NCBI GenBank assembly: GCA_963715335.1
Contig: CAVQRZ010000023.1
Location: forward strand, 64,001 to 128,000
Direction of reading: 5' to 3'
DNA length: 64,000 nt
Source of the DNA: an uncultured delta proteobacterium
Lineage (GTDB): Bacteria; Desulfobacterota; Desulfuromonadia; Desulfuromonadales; BM103
This document shows, one piece after another, positions 39,663 through 50,158 of the stretch. Below the pieces are notes generated by a model, which saw only the letters and a list, made by a program, of their open reading frames with translations, was not told where the DNA came from and made no database searches. The position numbers and the translations under genes were made by a program. Position 1 is the first letter of the stretch, and each line of letters starts with the position of its first letter.

Positions 39663-41903
39663 TTACTCGACCTGCTCCGGCGTCACCAGGTCACCCAGGA
39701 ACAGACTGCCATTGTGGACAAAGAAGCAGTTCTGAAAGCCCGCCGCAAGTTCAGCCAGCCGTTCTGCATAGTTTTCCTCATCACCGGCATTCGGTGTCGC
39801 CAGGCCCAACAGGACGGTATCGGCATGAGCACTCTCCCGATGCATGATTTCCAACACGCTTTCATCTTCTGATTTGAGTGTGATTTCAACGTCCGCGTCG
39901 ATTCGTATCTCCGGAATCAACTGTGCCAGGAATCGCTCAGTCCGCCCTTTCATGAGTTCGTTTGAGGCAATACTCAAGATCCTGATCTTGGCCTGCCGCC
40001 ATTCCGGATTACGGGTCAACAGATATGCCAGAAGCAGCATCAGGTCGCCGTTACGTCTAAGACCACCCCACCAGACATGAATCTCCTGGCGCTGGTCTTC
40101 TCGAAACGACATCAGGGGGTTGGTTTTGCCGATAATCAGGCTTTTATTGATATGTTTCAGTGCTCGAATAACCCGCAGGAACCTGACCAGTCGCGACAGG
40201 TCATCCGGCCAGCCAACCAGAACCGTATTACTGGCCAAACCGGCAATTCCGTTCGACTGGGTGACGGCGAGAACACCGCGCTCCAGGTCCTGAACAATAT
40301 TGACTTCGCCGAAAGCAACGATCCCATGTGCTTTAAGTACGGCATTGATCTGTTGTTCTCGTGCGAAAACATCGACATTGAGCTCGATAAGGTCCCCTTG
40401 GTAAAGCTCGCAGATCGAGACCACTCCGCGATTCTCGGCAAACCAGGCACCGAAGCGCACCAGATCAAGACGCTTCTCCACATTGCTGACAAATACCAGC
40501 ATGTGTGGTCGCCAGTTGCGGGCGGTCATCGGACGATTATTCAGTTTGACCAGCGCCCAGCGGATCAGGGCCTCGTAAAGGTCGCGCCAGACATCGCCCC
40601 AGGAATCCTTGCGCACGCGTCTTTTCAGATAGAGCCAGATCGCGAGTTCGACGGTCATGGCAAAAATGGTTGCTGGCCAATGGATCAGCAACATTACACC
40701 GAAACAGCCGAACCCCCCGAGCAGGCTCAAGGTCCAGTGGATATTCAAGGTGGGCCGCCAGGATGGGTTGCCGGAAAGATATTCCAGGGCGGAGACGAGG
40801 TTGACTGTGCCGTAAACGCTCAGGAAAAACATCGTCGCTACAGTGGCGACAGTATTCAGATCGCCGAGAAAAACTGCGGCCAGGCTGATTACCAGAGTGA
40901 CGATCATGCCCAATTTAGGTTCTTCTCCAGGCCCTGAAGACCCGGCGAGCCGGTGTGGCACAAGTCTGTCAAGAGCAAGGGCCTGAAGGGTCCGTGGAGC
41001 GGCGAGCATCGAGCCGACAGCAGAGGAAAAGATCGCACCCCATAGCCCCGGCAGAACCAGCCATGGCCCGAACAGGGCAATCCGGGTCCAGATCATCGGG
41101 TCGCTGTTGAGACTGCTTGAATCGGCGCTGAGATAGAGCAAGACCGGAATCGCCAGGTACACCACAAGGCCAACCAAGGTTGCTGCGACACTGCCACGCG
41201 GGATCGAGTGGCGCGGGTCGGCAAGGTCTCCTGACATACTCAACCCGGCCATAATGCCGGTGACGGCGGGGAAAAAGACGGCGAAGACAATCCAGAATCC
41301 GGCTGGGGTAAAAGTACCGGGAACTTCGGCCGAAGCCTGGATGCCCGGCCCGGTGAATACCCCGGAAGCAAGTGCCAGTAAAGACAGGGCAATCAATACC
41401 ATGACCGGAAGTTGAGCGCGCAAAGCAAAGGTGGCCCCACGGAACGACAGAATCGCGACCGCGAGGATAATGGCACACGCCGCAATCGACACAGGGATGG
41501 CCGGCCAGACAAATTTCAGTGATTCTGCAAGACCGAAGGCATAAAGAGTTACAGACAGTGCCTGGGAGACGTATAGCGGGAAACCGATAGCGCCGCCGAT
41601 TTCCAGTCCGAGGCTGCGGGAGATCATGTAATAGGCCCCGCCGACGCCAACGTGGCTATTCGTGGCAATGGCAGAGAGGCTTAAAGCTGTAAGCAAAGTA
41701 ATCAGGTTGGCAAGCAGGACGATCAGAATGGTTTTGAAAAGTCCGACCTGGCCGACCACCCACCCAAAGCGTAGGTACATGATGACACCGAGAATCGTCA
41801 GGATGGTCGGTGTGAATACACCGAGAAAGGTCCCGAGTTTTCCGGATGATGAAGCACTCCTCCCGAACATGCTCAGTCTATTTTGCGATTTGGTGGATGG
41901 CAT
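39663..41903 (-). CDS. APC-superfamily cation-chloride cotransporter homologue (SLC12-like)
   Basis: GVIMYLRFGW, GGAYYMISRSLG, FFPAVTGIMAG, NWRP and VWW motifs. Confidence 0.85.
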   Translation of the reverse strand: MPSTKSQNRLSMFGRSASSSGKLGTFLGVFTPTILTILGVIMYLRFGWVVGQVGLFKTILIVLLANLITLLTALSLSAIATNSHVGVGGAYYMISRSLGLEIGGAIGFPLYVSQALSVTLYAFGLAESLKFVWPAIPVSIAACAIILAVAILSFRGATFALRAQLPVMVLIALSLLALASGVFTGPGIQASAEVPGTFTPAGFWIVFAVFFPAVTGIMAGLSMSGDLADPRHSIPRGSVAATLVGLVVYLAIPVLLYLSADSSSLNSDPMIWTRIALFGPWLVLPGLWGAIFSSAVGSMLAAPRTLQALALDRLVPHRLAGSSGPGEEPKLGMIVTLVISLAAVFLGDLNTVATVATMFFLSVYGTVNLVSALEYLSGNPSWRPTLNIHWTLSLLGGFGCFGVMLLIHWPATIFAMTVELAIWLYLKRRVRKDSWGDVWRDLYEALIRWALVKLNNRPMTARNWRPHMLVFVSNVEKRLDLVRFGAWFAENRGVVSICELYQGDLIELNVDVFAREQQINAVLKAHGIVAFGEVNIVQDLERGVLAVTQSNGIAGLASNTVLVGWPDDLSRLVRFLRVIRALKHINKSLIIGKTNPLMSFREDQRQEIHVWWGGLRRNGDLMLLLAYLLTRNPEWRQAKIRILSIASNELMKGRTERFLAQLIPEIRIDADVEITLKSEDESVLEIMHRESAHADTVLLGLATPNAGDEENYAERLAELAAGFQNCFFVHNGSLFLGDLVTPEQVE

Positions 41904-41959
41904 TGACAGTCTCCGCTAACAGAAATTAACGAGAGGATACCTTGAATGCTGCAAAAACA

Positions 41960-41986
41960 AAAGGGCGGCCTTAATGGCCGCCCTTT
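41960..41986 (-). terminator. Intrinsic terminator of the cold-shock gene
   Basis: AAAGGGCGGCC-ttaat-GGCCGCCCTTT hairpin. Confidence 0.75.
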
Positions 41987-42010
41987 CAAAACTGGTCGAT
42001 ATGCTATGTA

Positions 42011-42211
42011 TTAAAGCTTAACGACGTTCGATGCCTGGGGGCCTTTCTGGCCATCAGTAACATCGAAAGAGACTCGCTCGTTTTCGGCGAGAGTCTTGAA
42101 ACCATCGCCCTGGATCTGGGAAAAGTGAACGAATACGTCAGGACCGTTGTCCTGCTCGATGAACCCAAAACCCTTAGCTTCGTTGAACCATTTCACTGTG
42201 CCTTCAGCCAT
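42011..42211 (-). CDS. cspA: Cold-shock protein
   Basis: GTVKWFN, KGFGFI and VFVHF motifs. Confidence 0.96.
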   Translation of the reverse strand: MAEGTVKWFNEAKGFGFIEQDNGPDVFVHFSQIQGDGFKTLAENERVSFDVTDGQKGPQASNVVKL

Positions 42212-42456
42212 CTTGAAACTCCTTCACTCCGGTTGGGAGGTGTTCTGTTGTGTATTTTCGTCTGCCGTAAATAATAAACCACTCAACGAAAGCTTGTCTG
42301 AGTGGTCTCTTCCAAACTGACTACCTTTAATCTGTCTGTTGAGCAACGAAATAGATACACAAACTTGTTATGATGCGCCCTTCTATCACAGTCAAATCAA
42401 AAAAAGCAAGTGTTTATTTATTTTTCATGAGGTTTTTCTTGCCTGGACTTCTGTTA

Positions 42457-43809
42457 CTAAACCCGCTCAGCCAGCAGGACAGATTCATCCCAGGCGACCG
42501 GTTTGACCATAACACATTGGCCGACCATTGACTGGTCCCCATCAATGCGCACATCCAGATAATTCCTCGATATCCCCTTCATCAGGCCGTTTATGGAACC
42601 GGTCTCAACGATCACCTCGAGCTCTGCATTGATAAACCCTTCGGCAAAAAGCTTATATTTCCGTTCGGCAAGGCTTCTTAATTTCTCAGCCCTCCCCTTG
42701 CTGACCTTGCCCGGAACCTGGTTGCTCATGGTTGCAGCCTGAGTTCCCGGACGTTTGCTGAAGGGGAATACGTGCAGGTCCGTAATTGGCAAGCCTGCTA
42801 TAAAATCGTAAGCATCGTTAAATTCCTGATCAGTCTCTCCCGGGAAACCGGTGATCACGTCCAGACAGATCGCAGCGTTCGGCAAAGCTGCCCTGACCTT
42901 TTCAATCAACCTTGAGAAGAAATCCCGGTTATAGGTACGGCCCATGCGCTGCAGGACAGCATCGTTTCCGGCTTGCAAAGGAATGTGTAAGTGTGGGCAG
43001 ACAATTTTCGAATTGGTCACTGTTTCCAGCAGTTCGTCAGTCAGTTCAGTGGGCTCAATGGAACCGAGACGAAGGCGGTGTATGGTAGATTCTGACTCGA
43101 CCCGTCTAACGAGGCGGTGCAACGTTGAGGAAGGAACCAGATCCGCACCGTAGCCGCCGACATGAATACCGGTCAGAACCACCTCCCGAAATCCGGAGTC
43201 CGCCAGTCCGTTGATCTGCTCGAGGACTTCATGCTCCGGTGCGGATCGACTGGCACCGCGAGCATACGGGATGATGCAATAGCTACAGAACGCGTCGCAG
43301 CCATTCTGGATCTGGACAAAAGCCCGGCTGCGTCCGGCAAAGGATATTGATGCCGGAAGACAGACTGATTCAGCCTGTCGGATGTCTGAGACTTCCACCA
43401 GGGTTGACGGGTAATCCTGCTGAAGAAAATCGAGCAGGCGCTGTTTTTCTTCGTTGCCAATCACCAGGCTCACACCGGGTAGATCGTGCAAGGCGTCCGG
43501 GTCGACCTGGGCGTAGCATCCCGTCACAATCACCCGGCATTCGGCATTCTGTCGCCGCGCCCGACGAATCAGGTTGCGCGACTGGGCATCGGTCGCACTG
43601 GTCACTGTGCAGGTATTGACGACTACCAGGTCAGCACCATCCTCAAAACGAACAATCCGGTAACCAGCCCCCTGTAAGGCCTCCTGCATCGCGGCAGACT
43701 CGAACTGGTTGGTTTTGCAGCCTAGCGTCGCAAACGATACCGTTTGTGAAGACGGGACGCGGGACGCAGGACGCGGGACGCGACTGTTGTCTTTATCGGG
43801 AGTAGTCAT
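42457..43809 (-). CDS. mtaB: tRNA t6A37 methylthiotransferase
   Basis: TLGCKTNQFES, NTCTVT and CDAFCSYCIIP motifs; TRAM domain. Confidence 0.92.
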   Translation of the reverse strand: MTTPDKDNSRVPRPASRVPSSQTVSFATLGCKTNQFESAAMQEALQGAGYRIVRFEDGADLVVVNTCTVTSATDAQSRNLIRRARRQNAECRVIVTGCYAQVDPDALHDLPGVSLVIGNEEKQRLLDFLQQDYPSTLVEVSDIRQAESVCLPASISFAGRSRAFVQIQNGCDAFCSYCIIPYARGASRSAPEHEVLEQINGLADSGFREVVLTGIHVGGYGADLVPSSTLHRLVRRVESESTIHRLRLGSIEPTELTDELLETVTNSKIVCPHLHIPLQAGNDAVLQRMGRTYNRDFFSRLIEKVRAALPNAAICLDVITGFPGETDQEFNDAYDFIAGLPITDLHVFPFSKRPGTQAATMSNQVPGKVSKGRAEKLRSLAERKYKLFAEGFINAELEVIVETGSINGLMKGISRNYLDVRIDGDQSMVGQCVMVKPVAWDESVLLAERV

Positions 43810-43859
43810 AATGTCTGTTGAATTACCTTAAACTTCACTATCGGAAAACAAGAGGCCAG

Positions 43860-44993
43860 TTATTTGGTTTCCGCGTACCGCGTACCGCATTCCTCGTCCC
43901 GCGTCGCGGAGTTGCTGATCCAACCGCCACCAATCACCCGATCATCATCGTAAAACACCGCAGCCTGGCCTGGTGTCACACCGTTTTGCGGTTCGTCGAA
44001 ATCGACCCGCACCGTACCATCGTCCATGGCTGTGATCTTCGATGGAACCTCCTGATGACGATAGCGGATGCGACAGGCCGCCTCGAGTGTTCCGGTCGGA
44101 GGATCAATGAACCAGTTGACATCAGAAACAAGACATTGCGAAACACTGAGGTGCCGTTTTTCACCAACAATGACCTGGCGTTTGGCCGCATCGATACCAA
44201 CGACATAAAGCGGTTGCGGCCACGCGAGCCCCAGTCCGCGGCGCTGACCGATCGTGTATCGATATGTCCCCTGATGCCTGCCGAGGACCTGGCCATCGAT
44301 GTGGACGATCTCGCCGTTCATCGTCCCGGGGCCACGCTGTTCTTCAAGGAACCGGACGTAATTGCCATCGGGGACGAAACAGATGTCCTGACTCTCCGGT
44401 TTTTCAGCGACCTGCAAACCAAGTCGCACAGCGTGGTCGCGTACCTCATTCTTGGTCATGCCGCCGAGCGGGAAACGGACATACCGCATCTGTTCCCCGG
44501 TCAGCGTGAAGAGAAAATAAGTCTGGTCCTTGTTGCGGTCATGCCCTTTCCTGAGAACCATGCGACCATCTTCTTCGACCAGTTGGGCATAATGCCCGGT
44601 AACCAGGTAATCAGCCTGCAGCTCTCGAGCCCTGCGCAGCAATATCTCGAACTTGAGCAGCTGGTTGCAAAGCACACAAGGGTTGGGCGTACGACCGTTG
44701 AAGTAGTCATCACAGAAGCGGTCGATGACTGCCGCTTCAAACTGTTTTTCAAAATTGACGACATAAAAGGGTATGCCGAGAGACTCGGCCACCCGGCGGG
44801 CATCGTAGACATCGTCGAGAGAGCAGCAGGTGCCGAACTTTTCGCCGTGCTCCGCGGTAAAGCCGGAATAGTCCCAGATCTGCATGGTCATGCCGATCAC
44901 CTCACAGCCCTGCTCCTTGAGTAAAGCAGCAGCAACCGAGGAATCTACCCCGCCGCTCATGGCAACGACGACTCTTTTGCCTGGTTCAATCAT
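43860..44993 (-). CDS. mnmA: tRNA 2-thiouridine synthase
   Basis: SGGVDS, TPNPC, TGHY, KDQTYFL and PGQ motifs. Confidence 0.97.
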   Translation of the reverse strand: MIEPGKRVVVAMSGGVDSSVAAALLKEQGCEVIGMTMQIWDYSGFTAEHGEKFGTCCSLDDVYDARRVAESLGIPFYVVNFEKQFEAAVIDRFCDDYFNGRTPNPCVLCNQLLKFEILLRRARELQADYLVTGHYAQLVEEDGRMVLRKGHDRNKDQTYFLFTLTGEQMRYVRFPLGGMTKNEVRDHAVRLGLQVAEKPESQDICFVPDGNYVRFLEEQRGPGTMNGEIVHIDGQVLGRHQGTYRYTIGQRRGLGLAWPQPLYVVGIDAAKRQVIVGEKRHLSVSQCLVSDVNWFIDPPTGTLEAACRIRYRHQEVPSKITAMDDGTVRVDFDEPQNGVTPGQAAVFYDDDRVIGGGWISNSATRDEECGTRYAETK

Positions 44994-45048
44994 GTCAGAT
45001 CTGTACGAACACTCACGGGAATGATCAATAGGTAATATTCGTCCATAA

Positions 45049-45154
45049 GGAATTCAGAATACAGTATCCAGTATCAAGAAGAAAACCTAAAGTATAGGGT
45101 CTATAGGCTTCCGGCTTCTGGCTTCTGGCTTCTGGCTTCTGGATTCTGAATTCT
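45049..45154. repeat. Heptamer tandem array (GGCTTCT-like x7) with upstream complementary arm
   Basis: 45106-45154 holds seven 7-nt units; 45049-45081 holds AGAATAC/AGTATCC-like units. Confidence 0.85.
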
Positions 45155-45226
45155 CGGATACCCAACAAAGAAAGGGCATCCAAAAGATGCCCTCCTTTAC
45201 TTCAAGTCGATTCTTCGAAATGAGCT

Positions 45227-45595
45227 CTAACCATTCTGTTCTTTATAGTTTTTAATGGCCTCGTGCAAGGCATCTGCGGCCAGGTTCGAACAATGCATCT
45301 TCTGCGCCGGCAACCCGTCGAGGGCCTCAGCAACCGCCTGGTTACTGAGCTCAAGCGCCTCATCGATCGTCTTGCCAATCGCCATCTCCGTAACCATTGA
45401 AGATGTGGCAATGGCCGCGCCACAGCCAAAGGTCTTGAACTTCACATCTTGAATGACGTTGTTTTCGACCTTGAGAAAAATTTTCATGATGTCGCCGCAG
45501 GAGGCATTACCCACCTCGCCCACGCCGTTGGCATCTGTTATTTCACCCACATTGCGCGGGTTGGTAAAATGGTCCATTACTTTATCTGTGTACAT
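45227..45595 (-). CDS. iscU: Fe-S scaffold protein IscU/NifU-N
   Basis: NPRNVG, CGD, FGCG and MHCS motifs. Confidence 0.95.
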   Translation of the reverse strand: MYTDKVMDHFTNPRNVGEITDANGVGEVGNASCGDIMKIFLKVENNVIQDVKFKTFGCGAAIATSSMVTEMAIGKTIDEALELSNQAVAEALDGLPAQKMHCSNLAADALHEAIKNYKEQNG

Positions 45596-45710
45596 GTCGA
45601 CTCCTTAATATTCACTGAAGACTTTCAACAGTCTGCCTTTAAAAAACGAGAAGTGCGAAGTGCGAGGTGCGAAAGGTCTTTTCGGGCTTCGCGCCACTCG
45701 CCTCGCGTTC

Positions 45711-46940
45711 CTAAATTCTCCTCACCGTTTCACAGGTCTCGCACCCTTCCGGAGTTTTTCCACAGTTATACAGGGGGCTCATATCGCGGAGACGCTGCAC
45801 GGTAGCCGGCAAGACCTCCAGGACCTTGTTAATCTCTGCCTCTGTGGTTTCAGGGCCGAGACTGAAACGCGTACTCGAGTGTGCCAGGGTCACTTCGACG
45901 CACATAGCTCCCATGACATGGGATGGCTCCAGGGAACCGGAAGTGCATGCAGAACCTGACGACGCTGCAATGCCAAACATGTCGAGGTTGAGGAGCAGTG
46001 ACTCTCCCTCAATGTATGCGAAGCTGACATTCAGGGTGTTCGGCAGGCGCTTGTCACGATCAGGCGTTCCGTTCAGCTTGATGTCCGGGACCTGACTGAG
46101 GACGCCATCTTCCAGGCGGTCACGCAGTGTGCGGACACGGCGGGAACAGGTTTCGAGTTCGGCGGAAGCCAGTTCACAGGCCTTGCCCAGCCCCACGATA
46201 CCGGCAACATTCTGAGTTCCGGCACGCCGGTTGCGTTCCTGGTGGCCGCCATGGATCAGAGCGGACATCCGCGTGCCGCGTCGCACATAGATTGCGCCAA
46301 CCCCTTTTGGTGCGCCAATTTTGTGGCCAGAAATCACCAGCAGGTCGACATTGGCTTGCTGCACGTCAACCGGGATCTTGCCGACAGCCTGTACCGCATC
46401 GGTATGAAACCGGATGTTGTACTTCCTGGCGATTCGGCCGATCTCCTCGACCGGATAAATGTTGCCGGTCTCATTGTTGGCCCACATCACCGATATCAGT
46501 ATGGTTTTGTCAGTAATTGCAGCTTCCAGGTCAGCAAGATCGAGCATGCCGTCCTTGTCTACCGGCAGGTAGCTCACAGCATAGCCCTGCTTTTCGAGAT
46601 ACTGACAGGTTTCAAGGACTGCAGGATGTTCTATCGCTGTTGTAATGATATGGTTGCCTTTTTCTTTCAGGGCATCCAGCGTTCCCTTGATAGCCATGTT
46701 GTCACCCTCGCTGCCACAGGAGACAAAGACTATCTCGGCGGCCGAGGCGTTGATCAACGCGGCAACCTGCTCACGCGCCTTCTCCAGGGCACCGGAGACC
46801 TGCCGTCCCGCCCAGTGAACGCTGGAAGGGTTGCCGAACTGTTCGCGGTAAAAAGGCAACATCACCTCCAGGACCTCTGGCCTGACCGGTGATGTGGCGT
46901 TGTAATCTAGATAAATGTTGCCCAATTCCCTGTCCTCCAC
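45711..46940 (-). CDS. iscS: Cysteine desulfurase
   Basis: DYNATS, SGHK and SSGSACTS motifs. Confidence 0.96.
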   Translation of the reverse strand: MEDRELGNIYLDYNATSPVRPEVLEVMLPFYREQFGNPSSVHWAGRQVSGALEKAREQVAALINASAAEIVFVSCGSEGDNMAIKGTLDALKEKGNHIITTAIEHPAVLETCQYLEKQGYAVSYLPVDKDGMLDLADLEAAITDKTILISVMWANNETGNIYPVEEIGRIARKYNIRFHTDAVQAVGKIPVDVQQANVDLLVISGHKIGAPKGVGAIYVRRGTRMSALIHGGHQERNRRAGTQNVAGIVGLGKACELASAELETCSRRVRTLRDRLEDGVLSQVPDIKLNGTPDRDKRLPNTLNVSFAYIEGESLLLNLDMFGIAASSGSACTSGSLEPSHVMGAMCVEVTLAHSSTRFSLGPETTEAEINKVLEVLPATVQRLRDMSPLYNCGKTPEGCETCETVRRI

Positions 46941-46949
46941 TTACAAAAT

Positions 46950-47387
46950 TTAATGGCTACCTTTTGTTTCCTTGAACTTGCCCCTTGCTTCCTGGGTCAA
47001 CTCTTCGAGAGTGATCGAGGCAAGGAAGTCGCGGATCTTCTCACCCAACCCATGCCAGACATTATGTGTGACGCAATGGTCATCACAAACGCAACCGCGC
47101 TTCTGGTCCATGCAGGCGACCGGGACCAGAGATTCCTCGACACTGTCGATGATCTCATCGACCTGAATCTCCCGCGCAGGTCTGGCCAGGAGATATCCTC
47201 CTCCAGGACCGCGAACACTTTTTACGATCTTGCCGCGGCGTAATTTAACAAAAAGCTGTTCAAGGTAAGTCAATGAAATACTCTCTCGCAGAGAGATATC
47301 GCGCAGGGATACCGGTGAGCCTTCGGAATAAAGATTCAGATTTACCATGGCCCGCACGGCGTACTGTGCTTTGGTGGACATTCGCAT
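46950..47387 (-). CDS. iscR: Rrf2-family regulator, IscR-like
   Basis: SVRGPGGGY motif and C-terminal Cys/His cluster ligands; lies upstream of iscS-iscU. Confidence 0.9.
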   Translation of the reverse strand: MRMSTKAQYAVRAMVNLNLYSEGSPVSLRDISLRESISLTYLEQLFVKLRRGKIVKSVRGPGGGYLLARPAREIQVDEIIDSVEESLVPVACMDQKRGCVCDDHCVTHNVWHGLGEKIRDFLASITLEELTQEARGKFKETKGSH

Positions 47388-47389
47388 GT

Positions 47390-48187
47390 TTACGCCTCGG
47401 TTTTTTCCTTTTTACGAGAATCCGTCGGGCTCGCGACTGATTTTGCCGCAGCGCTCCTGGTCGACGCAGCGCGTTTGACGGTCTTTTTCACAGCAGGTTT
47501 TGCTTGCGTCTCTCCAAGGCGGGACGTCAGGTCTTCAACTTTCTTTTCCAGAGCTCTAATTTGATCAAACAGGCAGCTGATCGCCTTGGCTTCGGGGTCG
47601 GGCAGATTGCCATGTTCGAGGTCGGGGCGTTGTTCCTCATCGACAACCTTCTTTTCCTGCTGCATCACGACCCGACCGGGGATGCCAACCACCGTGGCAT
47701 TCTGCGGTACTTCCTTGACGACGACCGAATTGGAACCGATCTTGGCACCCTTGCCGACGGTGAACGGGCCGAGAACTTTCGAACCGGACCCGATCACGAC
47801 ATTATCCTCGACAGTCGGATGACGCTTGACCTTGTCCCAGGTCACGCCGCCGAGAGTTACGCCATGATAAATGGTAACATTATCACCGATTTCGGCTGTT
47901 TCGCCGATGACCACGCCCATGCCGTGATCGATAAAGAACTTCTTGCCGATCTTTGCCCCGGGATGGATCTCGATGCCGGTGAAAAAACGTCCCAGGTGAG
48001 AGGTTAACCGGCCAAGGAAGTAAAGCTCGTGGGTCCAGAGCCAGTGTGCGACGCGGTAAAACCAGACCGCGTGCAATCCTGGGTAACAGAAAATGATCTC
48101 CAGGACACCACGCGCCGCAGGATCACGGTCAAAAACTGAATAAATATCCTCGCGAATTTTATCGAACACTTGCAGTATCTCCTCCAC
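47390..48187 (-). CDS. cysE: Serine O-acetyltransferase
   Basis: DPAA, IEIHPGA, IDHG and KRHP motifs. Confidence 0.96.
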   Translation of the reverse strand: MEEILQVFDKIREDIYSVFDRDPAARGVLEIIFCYPGLHAVWFYRVAHWLWTHELYFLGRLTSHLGRFFTGIEIHPGAKIGKKFFIDHGMGVVIGETAEIGDNVTIYHGVTLGGVTWDKVKRHPTVEDNVVIGSGSKVLGPFTVGKGAKIGSNSVVVKEVPQNATVVGIPGRVVMQQEKKVVDEEQRPDLEHGNLPDPEAKAISCLFDQIRALEKKVEDLTSRLGETQAKPAVKKTVKRAASTRSAAAKSVASPTDSRKKEKTEA

Positions 48188-48261
48188 ACCCCATCAGACA
48201 TGATTCGAGTTACATTATAAAAACACCGGCGAAACATCAGCCGGTTACCGAGCATGGTCTA

Positions 48262-48294
48262 GGGATAGCATACCTGAGTAAAACTGTCAATTAA
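48262..48294 (-). promoter_or_regulatory. IscR type-1-like operator overlapping the cysE-isc promoter
   Basis: ATACCTGAGTAAAACTGTCAATTAA (48270-48294) overlaps the minus-strand TTGACA at 48285-48290. Confidence 0.7.
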
Positions 48295-48369
48295 TTTAGA
48301 TGAAGGAATCGGATAAAAAAGGACCACTGAAAAAATCGCAGAGAAGAAAAGTTTCTCCGCGTATATACG

Positions 48370-49878
48370 TTACAAAAACAGCTGGTAGGCCTGGTTGCGA
48401 GTCTCTTCGACATACCGGTAACCGAGATTTTCAAGGAAGGCCTGCAGCTGCGGCTCCTGCCCTTTTGGTATTTCCAGGCCAACCAGGACCCTGCCAAAAT
48501 CACCACCCTGTGTGCGATAGTGGAACAATGAGATATTCCAGTCTGCGCCCATTGATGCGAGGAACCGTGCCAAAGCACCGGGCCGTTCAGGGAACCAGAA
48601 GCGGAACAAGCGCTCCCCGGTCACGTCAGGAGAACGACCGCCGACCATATAACGAACATGGGTCTTGGCCAGTTCGTCGTCAGTCAGGTCGATGCTTTCA
48701 AAACCTTGCTGCGTCAATTGCTCGCGAAAGGCCTGGCGCTTTTTATCGCCATCAATGGCTATACCGACAAAGATATAAGCCGATTCACGACCAGACAGGC
48801 GATAGTTGAACTCGGTAATATTCCTGTCACCGACAACTTCACGGCAAAAACGGAACAACGCTCCGGGTTCCTCCGGAATGGTGACAGCAAATAACGCTTC
48901 CTGTTTCTCGCCGATCAGGGTGCGTTCAGCCACATAGCGCAGGCGATCGAAATTCATGTTGGCGCCCGAATTGATCGCGACCAGCGACTGACCAGTCACT
49001 CCTTTGTCGCGTACATATTTTTTCAACCCCGCAACAGCAAGGGCTCCGGCCGGCTCAACGATTGAGCGGGTGGCCTGGTAAACACTCTTCACCGCACTAC
49101 AGATTTCATCCACATCGACCAGGATAATCTCATCGACATGCCGGCGACAGATATCGAACGTCAGTTTACCAACCTCGCGTACGGCAACGCCGTCAGCGAA
49201 GATCCCGACTGAATCGAGTTTGACGCGACGGCCGGCGGCCAGCGAGCGGGCCATGGCGTCACTGTCGACAGGCTCGACTCCAATCACCCTGATATCCGGG
49301 CAAAGCTCTTTGAGAAACAACGATACGCCTGCAAGCAGTCCGCCACCACCGACCGGGACAAAAACCGCATCGATCCGGCCGGCGCTCTGGCGAAGGAGCT
49401 CATCGGCAACTGTCCCCTGCCCTGCGATAACCAGTTCGTCGTCGAACGGCGGGATGAAGACCATACCGGACTGCGCGACCAGGGAGTCACAATGTTCAGC
49501 AGCTTCCGAGTAGTTGTCGCCAAACAGAACCACCTTGACGCCAAACGCCTTAACTGCTGCAACCTTGATGGCAGGGGTCGTCACCGGCATCACGATGGTT
49601 GTGTCAATCCCGAGCTTCTGGCCTGAGAAAGCGACGCCCTGGGCATGGTTGCCGGCTGAAGCCGTAATGATGCCCAAAGCTCTTTCTGCATCGCTTAAGT
49701 TGGCGATTCGATTATAGGCGCCACGAATTTTGAAAGAGAAGACTGGCTGCAGGTCCTCACGCTTGAGCAGCACGCGATTGTTCAGCAATTGGGACAGGTA
49801 GGCCGACTCCTCGAGGGGGGTCTCAATGGCAGCCTCATAGACCTTGGATGTCAGAATTTGTTTGAATAATTTATGCAT
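48370..49878 (-). CDS. ilvA: Biosynthetic threonine ammonia-lyase
   Basis: SFKIRGA, SAGNHAQG and GGGGL motifs; two C-terminal regulatory domains. Confidence 0.96.
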   Translation of the reverse strand: MHKLFKQILTSKVYEAAIETPLEESAYLSQLLNNRVLLKREDLQPVFSFKIRGAYNRIANLSDAERALGIITASAGNHAQGVAFSGQKLGIDTTIVMPVTTPAIKVAAVKAFGVKVVLFGDNYSEAAEHCDSLVAQSGMVFIPPFDDELVIAGQGTVADELLRQSAGRIDAVFVPVGGGGLLAGVSLFLKELCPDIRVIGVEPVDSDAMARSLAAGRRVKLDSVGIFADGVAVREVGKLTFDICRRHVDEIILVDVDEICSAVKSVYQATRSIVEPAGALAVAGLKKYVRDKGVTGQSLVAINSGANMNFDRLRYVAERTLIGEKQEALFAVTIPEEPGALFRFCREVVGDRNITEFNYRLSGRESAYIFVGIAIDGDKKRQAFREQLTQQGFESIDLTDDELAKTHVRYMVGGRSPDVTGERLFRFWFPERPGALARFLASMGADWNISLFHYRTQGGDFGRVLVGLEIPKGQEPQLQAFLENLGYRYVEETRNQAYQLFL

Positions 49879-50057
49879 GCAGGGATTCTGCCACGAAGAC
49901 CTGGAGAGACAAAGAAAAAACTGGCAGATTCGTCGTCCGTTAACGAACATAAGCCAATAATTTACAGCTTCTTTGCCAGGCTTCGCCATGACCCAGGATC
50001 GTAGGGCCAATAATGACAAGTGCCCGCCAGAAACAGAAGATTATTTCCACTTAATGA

Positions 50058-50086
50058 TCGACAACTGTATACAGTTTCGCTATACT
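50058..50086 (+). promoter_or_regulatory. Sigma70-type fumarase promoter with palindromic operator
   Basis: TCGACA-17 nt-TATACT, with a perfect palindrome AACTGTATACAGTT at 50063-50076. Confidence 0.65.
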
Positions 50087-50158
50087 TCAAAATCTGATTC
50101 TATCCGGGGTTCAGTCCTCCGGAGCATATATTTATTGACGTCATAAAGGAGAGAGATC

